Source: Corallochytrium limacisporum Hawaii
Lineage: Eukaryota; Protista; Pluriformea
Length of the DNA stretch: 33,108 nt
Assembly: GCA_002811645.1 (NCBI GenBank)
Contig: PDIP01000177.1
Coordinates: 1 to 33,108 of the forward strand
Direction: 5' to 3'
Shown piece after piece: positions 1-11,159 of this stretch. The position numbers were made by a program, and so were the translations under genes. The notes beneath the pieces are model-generated. The model ran no database searches. It worked only from the letters and a program-made list of their open reading frames with translations, and was not told where the DNA came from. Each line of letters begins with the position of its first letter. Positions within the stretch are counted from its first letter, which is position 1.

Positions 1-239
1 GGGGGGAGGGCAAAGAAAGACGGGCCGGGTTGGTTGGTTGGTTAGGGTCCCGTCATCGCATCGGTGAGACGGAGAGGGGTGGGTAGGCAGCAAAAAACAA
101 TAGAAAAACCAAGCCAGCCAATGCAGGAATGGTAATTAGCGGTTGTTGGGCTACCGGGCTTCTTTTTCTTTCCAAAAGACAGAGCTCACCAAATTACCGC
201 CCACCCCTCCCTGCGCAACTTTTTTTTCTCGGTGCAGGT

Positions 240-1460
240 CCCCCCCCGGAAGGTTAGCGGATGAACCAAATTAAAAAAGCCGCTGGCTAATGCTGAAAAA
301 ACACCACCGGTCTCTCTCTCTCTCCCTCCACCCCCTTTTTTTTTCACCCCCATAGCCAAGAATAAATAGACCCCCGCGCGCGCCCATACCAAGAGTATAC
401 GGACGGCAGGTGGGCAAATTTTTGATTTGTCGTGGCTTACGCACAACCCCTCCTTAATTTTTCTCAAAGGGAGAGAGAGAGAGAGAGAGACATAGGGGAG
501 AAAGTTTGGTTGGTTGGGGGTATGGTGGTGGTGGTGGTGGTGGACTCTGAAATACTCCTGCAAACGGGCACCCGCCCCTCCCGGGCCTACGGGCAAAAGG
601 CGATTTTTTCTTCCTCTTTGGCTTTTTGGGTACATTTTCCTTTGATGGCGGCGAGTGTTTCGGTCTTCTTTTCTTCATTCTTTTACACAGCAGCGCACCG
701 AAAGGAACCCGGGGAAGACATTCCTGCGGCACCACAGCAGAGGAACGGTGGTGGTGGAGGGGGTCAGAGACTATTGGGAATCTGCTACTACGAGACTTCC
801 GTTGAAATTCCACTGCGAAATCGATCGATGGTTGTCTGTTTTATTGTTTTTCTTGGGTAGTGGTGCTGGGGTGTGTGTGTGTGTGTGTGCGTGAGTTGTG
901 CACTGTTCGACCCTCGCGGAGTGGAAGGGGGAGATCGCGTAGACTGCGGCGGGCGGACGCGCAAACCAAAACCAACCAACCCCGCCTCCCCAACACAGCC
1001 AGCCAGCCAGCCACCACCGGCCATCTCTCCCTCTCTCCCCCCTCTCTCTCTCCTTTATTTTTTTTTTATTACTTCATTGTCCTCAGTCACCCGTCCAAAC
1101 GAGGAAGAAGAGGCTGTGTTTTTTGCACCCCGCACCCGCTGCAACCCTCCTCGGGGGGGGGGGGGCTCATAGAAGAAGAAGGGCGCTGTGGTAGAGGAGG
1201 AGGCCCTGGGGGGGGGGGGGGATTTCAAGGAAAAGAGCCTCTCTGCTCATTTTCATTTTCTTTTCCTTTTTTTTTTTTAAATTTCTCTCTTGGCGATGTT
1301 ACGCAGGGCACCGCGCAAACACCACCCGCACACCCGCAAGAATTTTTCCCCCTTGTCTCTTCCTTTATTTTTTTTTCAACAGAAAGCGGCGAGAACCGAA
1401 AGAAGCCGCCCCGCCGCTCCGTCCCAATGCACACAGACACACACACACACTCTCTCTCTC
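240..1460. repeat. Low-complexity/microsatellite field upstream of the RPEL gene: (CT)n, (GA)n, (GGT)n, (GT)n, (CA)n, poly-G, poly-T
   Basis: For example (GA)n ~471-490, (GGT)n ~523-543, (GT)n ~871-889, G runs at ~1153-1165 and 1208-1221, (CA)n then (CT)n at ~1430-1460. Confidence 0.9.
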
Positions 1461-2060
1461 GCTCGCCGAGAACACCCTTCCCCATCGCTGCGAGGGGCCC
1501 GAATCTTCGGCGACTGTGCGCCTGTGTGTGTACCCCGAGACAATGGAAACGCAGGGCAAAGTGAAAACAAATAACAATGACCGTGGATTTAGACTGGCAC
1601 CGCGACAGTCCCTTTGCGTCAGCATCGAAAGTGGAAACGCTTTGCTCGGAAATCTCTTACAAAAGGGCAGTGGTACCTTGCATTGGGGCCCAGCACCAAA
1701 GGAAGCAGTGCGATTGGTCGAAGCCTTCGTACACGCACCAACACATTCGAATCCGTGTGAGTTTGAGAGATTGTGGCGGGTCATTTGTTGTGTGTGCATT
1801 GCTAAGAATAGGTTAGGTTACACCAACAATGGCTCTTCTGTGCGTGGTACTTGGAAAGATGTGGAATGACAACTAGTAATCGAAGGATACACGGATGCAC
1901 CCATAGAACAGCACCAGGAGGCAGTGGTACTTTTACCAGACAGCTAAGTTTCCCCTGGGAATATCAGTTGTCTTTTGTGCACTGCAAGTCTAACCAAACG
2001 AGTTAGAAAGGGAAGAGAGATCTTGTATCGTCCATATCGAGAAGTAAAACAAAAGCACAC

Positions 2061-2799
2061 ATGTCAGCTGTGCCTGAAGCCAATGGGGCTGACCCCAAGG
2101 ACGTGCTGTCCAAGAAGATGGCCATGCGCCCCGATCCCAAGGACCTGGTTGACCGTGGCGTCATGAAGGATCCCCACGTAGCTCCCTCTCTGCAGGCTGC
2201 TCAGGAGAAGTTAGAACGGTAAGTTTAGCCACGCAATTTCAGGCTGCTTTGCAGCCGAAGCCCACCCCCCATTTGATATCTGTCACCGTGGAACCAATGA
2301 TCAACTAACATCGAGAATGTACCCCTTCATTTCTTTTCTTTTTATCTATAGTGAACGTACCAAGGACTTCCTGGAGACCGTCGTAGCCACCCGCCCGGAC
2401 CGTACCGAGCTCGGCGACGCCCTCAAGCAGCCCCCTGAGACCATGACCCTGGAGGAGCGCGAAGCTGCCCTGGAGAAGTCCCTGTCCCACCGCCCGGACC
2501 GCACCTCCCTGGAGGAGAAGAACATTCTCCACGACCACCGCGTCAGTCCCGCTCTGGCCAAAGCCCAGGATGAGCTCAAGAAGGCCCAGCTGGAGGACCA
2601 GCTCGAGAAGAACATTGCACACCGCCCGGACAAGAAGGACCTGGTCGATCACAACATCTTGCCCGCTGCTAACGTGTCCGCTCCGTTGGCTGCCGCTGCG
2701 ACCTCGTTGGAGCATGCCATGCAGAAAGATGCGCTGGATCGGGGCATCAAGGCTCGGGAGTCCGTGGATGAGCTCAAGTCGAAGGGAGTCATGCAGTAA
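2061..2799 (+). CDS. RPEL-repeat-only protein (G-actin-binding motif family), 2 exons: 2061-2218 + 2352-2799, 201 aa
   Basis: The ATG at 2061 (context AAAAGCACAC-ATG) opens MSAVPEANGADPKDVLSKKMAMRPDPKDLVDRGVMKDPHVAPSLQAAQEKLE. It splices in phase 2 (CG|T = Arg) into the 2317..2799 ORF frame. Five RPEL-like units: RPDPKDL, RPDRTEL, RPDRTSL, RPDKKDL, RESVDEL, mostly followed by xx(N/G)(I/V)(L/M) and with 'V(A/S)PxLxxAQxxL' linkers like fungal RPEL-repeat proteins. Strong G/C-ending codon bias. Confidence 0.9.
2219..2351 (+). other. Spliceosomal (U2-type) intron, 133 nt, in the RPEL gene
   Basis: Donor GTAAGT at 2219, branch-point-like ACTAAC at ~2304-2309, pyrimidine tract, TAG acceptor ending 2351. 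Removing it restores a continuous frame and regular RPEL spacing. Confidence 0.9.
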
Positions 2800-3270
2800 A
2801 GTGAAGGAAACAGAAGACAGGAGCGTGGAGTCATGCAGGACTTTGTTTCGGGACAAAATGTCTGTCACGTCGGGTTCGCTGTTTTACACCGGACAGATGA
2901 TGTGGGCAAGACAAAGACGGCGCGATCTAGCTCAGCGAGATATGAAAGCTTTTCCGACATGAACCCCAGATCTGTGTTTCTCGTTAGTTTCTTTCATCTA
3001 TGTTGATATGAATGTACAGCAACAAAACTTATCTGTCTGTTTAAATGATTATATAAACCTTGAGAACCAACCCCCCAAAAGAAACAAAATAAACGCAAAA
3101 GAAACGAAAAAAAGAAACTTGACTCTTGAGTGGTAATGGATTTGGAACATGAGCCGCCGAGCTCTTACGGGAAGTAGGAGCAATGCGACCTGGTACGATG
3201 TTATTAAGTTTCTGTTCATGTTCTGTTCAATTTACTGGTTCCGAAAGACTTTCTTCAGGTTAATTACGGC

Positions 3271-4551
3271 CTACAAGGACTCCATAATCTGCCGCACATC
3301 CACGCACTGTTGCCGGAAGCCGAGACCTACGTTAAAGATTTCGACTTTGGTACCTCTGCCGCAGACCGCCAGGAGCTCCGTGGAGGAAGATCCGTCAGTT
3401 GTCTGCCGCTGCTGCTGCACCCGCTCCTCACCACTGTCTGTAGCCGCCGCGATACACTGTCGTGCCAGTCCGTACAGCGAGGCACTTGCGGTCCGAAGAC
3501 AGTGACTCTTACTACCATTAATTCGAAACCGACAGACAAGGCCCTTGGAGTCGGCAACCAAAATATCACCTGAAGTTTGGTCTCTGTCAGCATCAGAGCC
3601 ACTGCTGCGGATGAACTGTACGACCCTCGGCAGTCCCTCTGTCAAGAGCTGTGTGGCAATGGTTCCGCTTGTAATGTGCACAAGGGTCGCTGGGAATGAT
3701 CCACCGCAAACTAGCCATTCTCCATTCGGACTGATATCGAGACAGGAGGCAAATTGAGTGGCATGGGGCGGTCTGGTTGTTTGTGAACCATGCTCACTAG
3801 TCTGATCAAACGTAAAAACGCTAACCTGACTCAAAGTGCGATTGTTGAGGTCAAGATCCCAAAGCACCGCCTTGCTATCGTCGCCACAGGTCACGACCGG
3901 GACCAGAGGTCTCTCCGCAACCGCCTTCTTCTCTACAGAGTGCATACACTGGAGGCCATAAACGGGCCCATCATGGGCTGTGAATGATGCAACCACAGAT
4001 GGACCCTGCAGATCAACAAGGCAGAGCCGCCCAGTGCCCAGGGCAAGGAGTAGAGCGTTAGGTTCCGATGGCACAGCCGCTTTCGTTTCCACCTTCTCCG
4101 CACCTTTTTTGGCCTTTGACTTAGTTTTGGCAGGGCGGTTCGATGCCGCTGCAATTGGCCCTTCGGAGGGTACGGAAGAGATGGCAATGATCTCACTTGG
4201 TACTGGCAGTGGCGTGTCCATTGGTGCCCGTGTCCGGCTGAGAATTGTCCGCGCAGTGGAGTCAGTAAGAATCAGCTCATCCCCCACCCCCCAGGCAAGC
4301 CGATCCGCGCCAATCTTCACGACGCAAGAGACGGCAGCGCCAAATTTCTGTACTTGAGCCGGTGGTTCCTGCGGCAAGCATGGGACGCGGTAAACGAAAC
4401 CGAGGTCCGATCCCACAAATACGTTGTCGCCCACAAAGATGCAGCACAGCACGGACCCCTGGTCGAGTTTACGGCTCTCTGCCAATCCGTCTACATACTC
4501 ATTGAGATCAAAGATCAGACGCTCCGCCGGCGTGGACTGTAGTATGTCCAT
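3271..4551 (-). CDS. THOC6: WD40-repeat protein, THO complex subunit 6 homologue
   Basis: 426-aa ORF with an A-rich start context (AAAAAACA-ATG). WD motifs FTAHDGPVYGL and VVTCGDDSKAVLWDL. EWLVCGGSFPATLVHI and the C-terminal LAVCGRGTKVEIFNVGLGFR resemble the recalled THOC6 signatures (WxVCGGG...LWHL; L.A.G....VDVF.NLGY). An alternative upstream exon (donor GTAAGT at 4634) cannot be excluded. Confidence 0.78.
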   Translation of the reverse strand: MDILQSTPAERLIFDLNEYVDGLAESRKLDQGSVLCCIFVGDNVFVGSDLGFVYRVPCLPQEPPAQVQKFGAAVSCVVKIGADRLAWGVGDELILTDSTARTILSRTRAPMDTPLPVPSEIIAISSVPSEGPIAAASNRPAKTKSKAKKGAEKVETKAAVPSEPNALLLALGTGRLCLVDLQGPSVVASFTAHDGPVYGLQCMHSVEKKAVAERPLVPVVTCGDDSKAVLWDLDLNNRTLSQVSVFTFDQTSEHGSQTTRPPHATQFASCLDISPNGEWLVCGGSFPATLVHITSGTIATQLLTEGLPRVVQFIRSSGSDADRDQTSGDILVADSKGLVCRFRINGSKSHCLRTASASLYGLARQCIAAATDSGEERVQQQRQTTDGSSSTELLAVCGRGTKVEIFNVGLGFRQQCVDVRQIMESL

Positions 4552-6328
4552 TGTTTTTTCGTCGTAAGAATTTTTTTCCTTAGTCTATGTGCTACGTTCC
4601 CAGCGTGAACCCTTCACACATTGTCCTTACTTACGGGACTGCTGCTGAACACACCAAATGCACGCACACATGTGGTCGCATCCATTGCATATCAGAATTC
4701 CCACTCTATTAAGATCGTTTCGAACCAAAGCCCTAAGTATAAAGCTTGTTCCTTCAGACCATCCTATGTCTCTCCGATGTACCTCTTTGCGTGCAAACCG
4801 AATACACACCGAATACAGATGCACTCTGCCAACGGGCCACGGTCACTAACAACTGCTCGACCTCAACACGGGAGCCCCGTTCGGCACTGATTAAATGAAA
4901 CCCCTATTAACCTATTTATTTGAATTCAATACGCGCCGATCGGGCAGGTTTTGAATCCGGCCCGGACATATGCACTCCCCAGATGAGCATGAGCCACCGA
5001 TTCGGTATTGCGGACGAGAATGTCGGAAGACAGTTCGCGCGAGTGCACTGTGCTCTCTTGTGTTGCATGGCTGTACCAGTGGTATACTTAGAAATTATCA
5101 TCGGTTTCCTTCTCTTGGAGCCCGTTCCATACCAAGGTAGGCTTGGATAGTGGCAAACATTGAGACACCCAGATCCACTTGCACTCTGTAAGCTCAACCA
5201 AGAAGATCGCCCCTCAGGTCCGAGAAAAAGTCGAAAAGCCAGTCGCGCCTTTGAGATACTCCACGAACTTACCGACAGTCGCGAATCGTGTGTAGGCTTC
5301 GATGGGGTGTTTTTGTTCCTTTTGGTTTGTCACCTGGACTACTGCCGTTTGGTCCAAAGGGATGGGGACTAAAAAGATGCGCGAGGGCAAGATCACGAGT
5401 GCGGAGTGGCACATTCTTTGTTGCTTAACGATAACAAACGTGTCTTGGGCACAATCTTCACATCCCTTCCCCACGTTTCGTTCTATTGTGACATGCGCTT
5501 GCTACTCGCTCTATCAACCCATGCTCAGCCACCATTGCGCGCACAAATAGACCCGTACAGCATGGAGCTTCTCCAACGGGATTATCAGGTGCACATGGTT
5601 CCCCCAAGGACTCAATAGCGCAGAACAAAGAAAAAGGCGATGACCATCGGGCCATCAGCAGCGAGTGCAGGTCAAAGGTCTGGAGCATGCTAAAAAACTA
5701 CGGAGCAGAGGGTGTTGTTCGATGCCGAGATCAAAGAGCACGCCTGTGAACAAAGTTGATGACTGTCGTATGTCAGATGGGACGCTGGAGATGAACATCG
5801 TTGGCGCGTCAGTCGGTGAATTTGGCCCACCTTTACGCACCAAGTTATTCAGTGTTCTTGCAAGAAACTGCATGTGCGGTTTTGGATGAGACGGTTTGCT
5901 GATGGCAGACTCGCGCACCAAGTCGGGTTACCTACTCGGTTCCACATATCACCGGATGAGCATCCACAAGTAGGGCACCGATTTGCACGCGGTTTGTCGG
6001 GAATCGCATCACCACATCCCTCAGCATAATATATACGACTGAGCACAACCGTCAGCATCACCCATGTATGGTACAGAAACCGAAACCAGCAATCGGCGGT
6101 GCCACCAGCAGCAGCAACATTTCGAGCCGACCCACACCACGAACCCGGCCGGGAAGTGGGGATTCGAAACCGAAGCACCGTGGAGCCACGGCTCGAAACA
6201 GAGCGCGCCTGAAAACCGGGGTAAAGTTGGGGTGAGAGAGAGAGTGTGTGTGTATGTGTGACTGTGTGCGTGGGTGTTTGGCAAGGAAGGAGGCCCACCC
6301 CCCGGGGGGGGGGGGGGGGGCCTTTGCA

Positions 6329-6622
6329 NNNNNNNNNNNNNNNNNNNNNNNNNNNNNNNNNNNNNNNNNNNNNNNNNNNNNNNNNNNNNNNNNNNNNNNN
6401 NNNNNNNNNNNNNNNNNNNNNNNNNNNNNNNNNNNNNNNNNNNNNNNNNNNNNNNNNNNNNNNNNNNNNNNNNNNNNNNNNNNNNNNNNNNNNNNNNNNN
6501 NNNNNNNNNNNNNNNNNNNNNNNNNNNNNNNNNNNNNNNNNNNNNNNNNNNNNNNNNNNNNNNNNNNNNNNNNNNNNNNNNNNNNNNNNNNNNNNNNNNN
6601 NNNNNNNNNNNNNNNNNNNNNN
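6329..6622. other. Assembly gap (N run)
   Basis: Ns, flanked by G17 and C-rich runs. Confidence 1.
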
Positions 6623-8769
6623 CACCGGGGAGGCTCCCCCCCCCCAACTCTCTCTCTCCCCAGCGGAGCGCGCAGGGGGAGGCTGGGTTCGGGTGCTTCC
6701 ACGTTGCCCATTTTTGGTCAAAAGGAAGGAATGGCAGGGAACAATGCAAGGAGAAAAACCAACTGACTGGCAAAAAAATGAGGGAGGGGGGGGGGCAAGG
6801 GACGACCGAAGACTACACCGAGAGAGAGAGAGACTGTGTGTGTAAGGGAGAGAGAAAACTCAGCGAGAGAGAGAGAGAGAGCGAGCTTTAATGCTCTGCT
6901 CTCTCTCCTTGCCAATTTTTGTGGGATCTCAAGGCGGTGGTGGGCAATGGACACGGCGCAAGTGTGCGTTTCGACAAGCTTTGAAACCGGAACACCGCAG
7001 GAGAACAGGTGAGATCACGGGATTCCGCGATAGCTTTGGCTGCCGGCGATACACATTGCGCACGGTTTACCGCGCACTGCTCTGGAAACGGACCACCGAC
7101 GCGAGCACTTTGCGGTTACACTTTCGGTATGACTGTGGACTGCAGACATGTAACACATAGGTACATGATACACTGTTCTTGCGAACATATGTTGCGTGGG
7201 CCCACCGTGCGATGCAATACATAGCCGGTCGGCCTGAGTGAGCGCAGCGCTGAGCGAGGCGTTGGTTGGGTACGCGCATTGGAAATGACGACAAGGCACG
7301 AGGAAAGGAAGGGCGGGTGAGATACAGTCACTTTTCCTATCCGCATCTCTTTACAAAACAGGGTGGTCGGCGCCCATGAGTGTGGAGAGGACACAGGCGC
7401 ACATCGGAGCTTCGAGATGGGTGCGGTATGCAAACACCTTGAGTAGCTCTGCTACGTACCAGATCAGCCGGCTAAGAAATTCCCATCTGTACTTTGCGTA
7501 AGCAATGTTCGTCGTCGGAACGAACTGGCTTGACGTCTGAATGGCCGACAGACCCAATGCTTGGATCCTCCGTGAACAGAAAGGGGCCCTGCTATGGGTT
7601 CCGGGGAATGTTATCTTTCCAAACGTAAGAACCCCCTTGCAGACACTCAAAATATATGGACAGTATAGCAGCGGCATCATCATGCATGGTACGTGGAGGG
7701 AGTAGCAGCTGGCAGAGCTGCGCAGAGGCGACTGGCGGCAGCATGCCTTGAGTCTACCAACGTTCCGAACTTGGGTTCGGTCCCTCCCCCCCCCCCCAAA
7801 ATCCTCCGCAGCAAGAAAGAAGTAAGTTCCCAGTCGGGTTTTACAGCACAAGGACCGCCACGGTCAGCAGGGAACGAGACCCCGTGAAATAAAACATTTC
7901 CCAACATCCCCGAACTGCCAGTCCCCTTTCAAAAAACTCCCCCCCCCCCTCCTTCCCTGCGGCGGGCCGCACAATATCACAGAAAAAAATGCGCTCTATT
8001 TTCCATTAAACCGGGCGGGAGGGAAACGATCAAAACCCCGGCTCACGTTAGGCACAAATGTCCAAAGAATTTTCTCCCAAAAATCAAAAAGTAAAAAAAA
8101 GAAAGAAAAAAAGGAACGTGTTTTCATCGCCCCCTCAACGGTGGTGCGTTGCGAACTATAAAAAAATACATCATCCGCGCACGCACAAACACACACACAC
8201 ACACGCACTACCAACAAAAGCCGCATCGTCCGTACAGGTAAACCGCGCCCTTGCGAGCTGGTGCACCGGGCCAACACAAACAAATAGTAAAATAACAAAA
8301 GAAAAGGGCAGGGGCGGCCCGGGGAAAAAGCAAAGGAAAAGAAGAAAGAGAGAGAGAGCGAGCGATAGGGAGAGAGACAGCCGGCCCCCCCCCCCCCCCC
8401 CCCGGGAGGACGCGAGGGGTAGCAGGGGACGAATGGGAAAATCAGTCCCGGGAAAATGATCATTTCATCATCATCGCCACGGCATCATTATCATTCCTCT
8501 CATTCGTCGGTAATGGAGTGGAAGAGGTAAAGGTATTGGTCAACAACGCACCAGCGAGCCCACTTGTGGGTATCTCTCACATCGCTTGCTCTGGAGCACA
8601 TAAATATTGTCTGTCCTGCCTGTTGTACTGCCAGCCTCTGTATGTGTGTGTATGTGTATGTGGTGTCTGCTTACGGGATTTCGAACACCCCTAAACTACA
8701 ACATCCAATCATCGTCGGAAAGACATGTCTCCGGGTTCCCTTCCAGTTCATTGGGCAGATAGAGCATGG

Positions 8770-8958
8770 ATGGCAGTCTCGACACCGCGCAAGAGCGCAG
8801 CTAGCTCCCTGGATGCGCCCGGAGTGGAGAAGGACATCATCGACCGCACAGCCGGCATCCACTGCTTCAACACCCAGACGACATCGGGGGTATACCCCTA
8901 CCGGGCACCATGCCCGAATATCGAGCTGTCGGCTGAACACAGACGGAGAACGATTTAA
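8770..8958 (+). CDS. Possible small protein or exon, 62 aa (MAVSTPRK...HRRRTI; alternative start 8725), unknown function
   Basis: About 45 of 62 codons end in G/C, including 18 of 19 in VEKDIIDRTAGIHCFNTQT. This matches the bias of the RPEL and Pil1-like genes. No recognisable domain. Confidence 0.3.
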   Translation: MAVSTPRKSAASSLDAPGVEKDIIDRTAGIHCFNTQTTSGVYPYRAPCPNIELSAEHRRRTI

Positions 8959-10023
8959 CTGGCCATTGCAACCGTCGCACCGGAGCCAACCGGAATACAT
9001 ATTGTACTAAATCGTGGATGCATTGCTGTCAAGATAGGGCATTGACCATTACCGCACGTCTGCGACTGCAAGCCCCCTGTCCCCGCTTGCACGACGGGTT
9101 CGGGGGACGGAGGCAAAAACCCAAAAACGTTCCCGTTCCTCGAGAGACGCCTTCTGGGCGGGGAAATTTTATAGTGAATGTACTGAGAAAAGTATGCGGC
9201 GGCGGAACGAACCACAGAGCTGAAATTTTGAGGACGTCACTGAAAATTTTGGACTGCGCCCTCCCCTCCCTCCCCACCCCTGAGTAACGTCCGTTGCTGC
9301 TCTCTGACCTCTCCCTTCCCACTATGCTGAAATGTGTAAAATCTTCTACAATATGCGTAATATATTTTGTATATAACATACGTATTGTAGACCTACTGGG
9401 ACCTATGACCAAGAACAGTGGGGGCGGTCCCGTGACGAAAAAAAAAAAAGAAAAACTCTTTCCCTCCCGCTGGCTTGCTACGCTGGCGGTTGGTGGTGGT
9501 GGACCGCTCCTTTCCTTCAAACCGGCCCCCGTTTTTCATTTTGATTTCGTTCACATTTTCACTATTTTCGATGAAAAAAGAAAAGAAAAGAAAAAAAAAA
9601 AAGAAGAAAATCGCCGACCGGGAAAAAAATACCCCCGGACCATATCAACTTTTCTCGCTTTGGGTCTTTTTGAGATTTTTAGTTTTCTAAAGTCTAATTT
9701 GCGTATTATGTGTGTATTTATGTATATTCCTTTCTCCTTTGTTTTCAATTTTCTGTTTTTATTTTGTTTTTCTTTTTAAAGGGAAACTGAGATATTGTTC
9801 GTTGGCTTTCCCTTTACCCTTTGTCCCTCGTTGGTACGTTCTTTTGCTTGCTTTCCCAAATCAGCTATCATCTTTGAAGGATAATCTATCCAACCATCTA
9901 TCACGAAGCGACGACGACGACGACGGGCGGGCCAGGGGAGGGAGAGAGAGAGAGAGAAAGAGAGAGAGATTGAGGTTTAAAGGCAAAAAGGAGAAGGGGG
10001 AGGGGGGGGAAGCCCGCCCGGGG

Positions 10024-10302
10024 NNNNNNNNNNNNNNNNNNNNNNNNNNNNNNNNNNNNNNNNNNNNNNNNNNNNNNNNNNNNNNNNNNNNNNNNNNNNN
10101 NNNNNNNNNNNNNNNNNNNNNNNNNNNNNNNNNNNNNNNNNNNNNNNNNNNNNNNNNNNNNNNNNNNNNNNNNNNNNNNNNNNNNNNNNNNNNNNNNNNN
10201 NNNNNNNNNNNNNNNNNNNNNNNNNNNNNNNNNNNNNNNNNNNNNNNNNNNNNNNNNNNNNNNNNNNNNNNNNNNNNNNNNNNNNNNNNNNNNNNNNNNN
10301 NN
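10024..10302. other. Assembly gap (N run)
   Basis: Ns, with an identical 20-mer on both flanks. Confidence 1.
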
Positions 10303-11159
10303 GGGGGGAAGCCCGCCCGGGGGGGGGGAGGGGCCCCGCAGTAGAAGGACACGGCATTCCAGAGCTGAATCCCAAAGGGAAACCCGACCAAGAACCACGA
10401 AAAGACAGGATTGTGTGGAGAGCAAAGACCCAGAGAAGAGCGAGAGTAGAGAGAGAGAGCGAGGGAGAGAGTCGCTGTGTCTCCCCGTTCTTTGCGTCTT
10501 CCTTTCGTCGTCATTCATGATGATCGGGGTGGTTTTGTTTGCATCAATACGGATCTTTGCGAGGCGCCGTGCAGGACGAGGCACAAAACTAGTGGACGGT
10601 CCAGGATCATTTACCTGCCATCCTGCCATTCTCTATTAGCGAGTGTGTGTGTTGTATTTGCGTGTGTGTCTGTGTCCATGTCCTCCTCGTCTGTCGCTGC
10701 CCCCGGTTTGCAGCACTGTGGGGGGATGTCGGGATCATGTGTTTTTGGTTCCCTTTCTGCCTCTTTTGCCCGTCGATCAGTAGTGATCCTTACTTCCCCC
10801 CCCCCCCCCCTGGCTCACTCACTCTCTCGATTGTTGTCTGTCCAACCTTGGAGTGGCAGTTGGATGTGTTGTTCCTTTGTTGTATTGTTCCTTCGTTCGC
10901 ATACACTCGGTGTCAGCTCTCCTCTCTCACCCTCTGTGTGGCTCCGTGCTTGTCTCCCCCGGTCAGTCGGTTCTGTCAGTCTCTCTGGCCGTCCTTGTGA
11001 TTGATTCCCTGACTCTACAAAAGCAAAAAAGTAAAAAAAAAGACCTTCCGTTCGTAGGACAACCGCCATCAATCGCTCTTTGATCGCGCTCCTGAAACAA
11101 AAAACGAAAGAAAGAAAGGTTAGTAGCGGTTGTAATGGCATCTCTCGTTAGAAATCCGC

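Noticed and set aside
186-1574. Numerous 80-234 aa ORFs in the first 1.6 kb
   Set aside because: They are translations of microsatellites and homopolymers (ERER, CVCV, poly-G/F/K) that lack stop codons by composition; no domain signal.
4541-4685. Alternative first exon for THOC6 (MDATTCVRAFGVFSSSP, donor 4634, acceptor TACAG at ~4537, in frame)
   Set aside because: Formally possible, but the acceptor lacks a pyrimidine tract and the 4551 ATG has an excellent context; not called without transcript data.
6140-6200. tRNA gene suggested by minus-strand GGTTTCGAATCC (and GGTTTTGAATCC at ~4947)
   Set aside because: No acceptor stem, D-arm or anticodon arm could be built. It is kept only as a structured-element finding.
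5849-6891. Long ORFs spanning N gaps (also 9712-10629, 18602-19692, 27922-28390)
   Set aside because: They are open only because Ns cannot encode stops.
7225-7260. GGCCTGAGTGAGCGCAGCGCTGAGCG resembles the AAV ITR Rep-binding element
   Set aside because: The match is short and gapped, with no ITR hairpin and no rep/cap-like sequence; chance similarity.
7351-7851. 166-aa minus ORF
   Set aside because: No recognisable motif and no codon bias; the 5' part runs through a poly-G tract.
8671-9000. Cys-rich minus ORF (CDGC...CRDCHPCSIC) suggesting a ZZ-type zinc finger
   Set aside because: The spacing does not fit ZZ, RING or LIM patterns. It is the in-register antisense of the codon-biased plus ORF.
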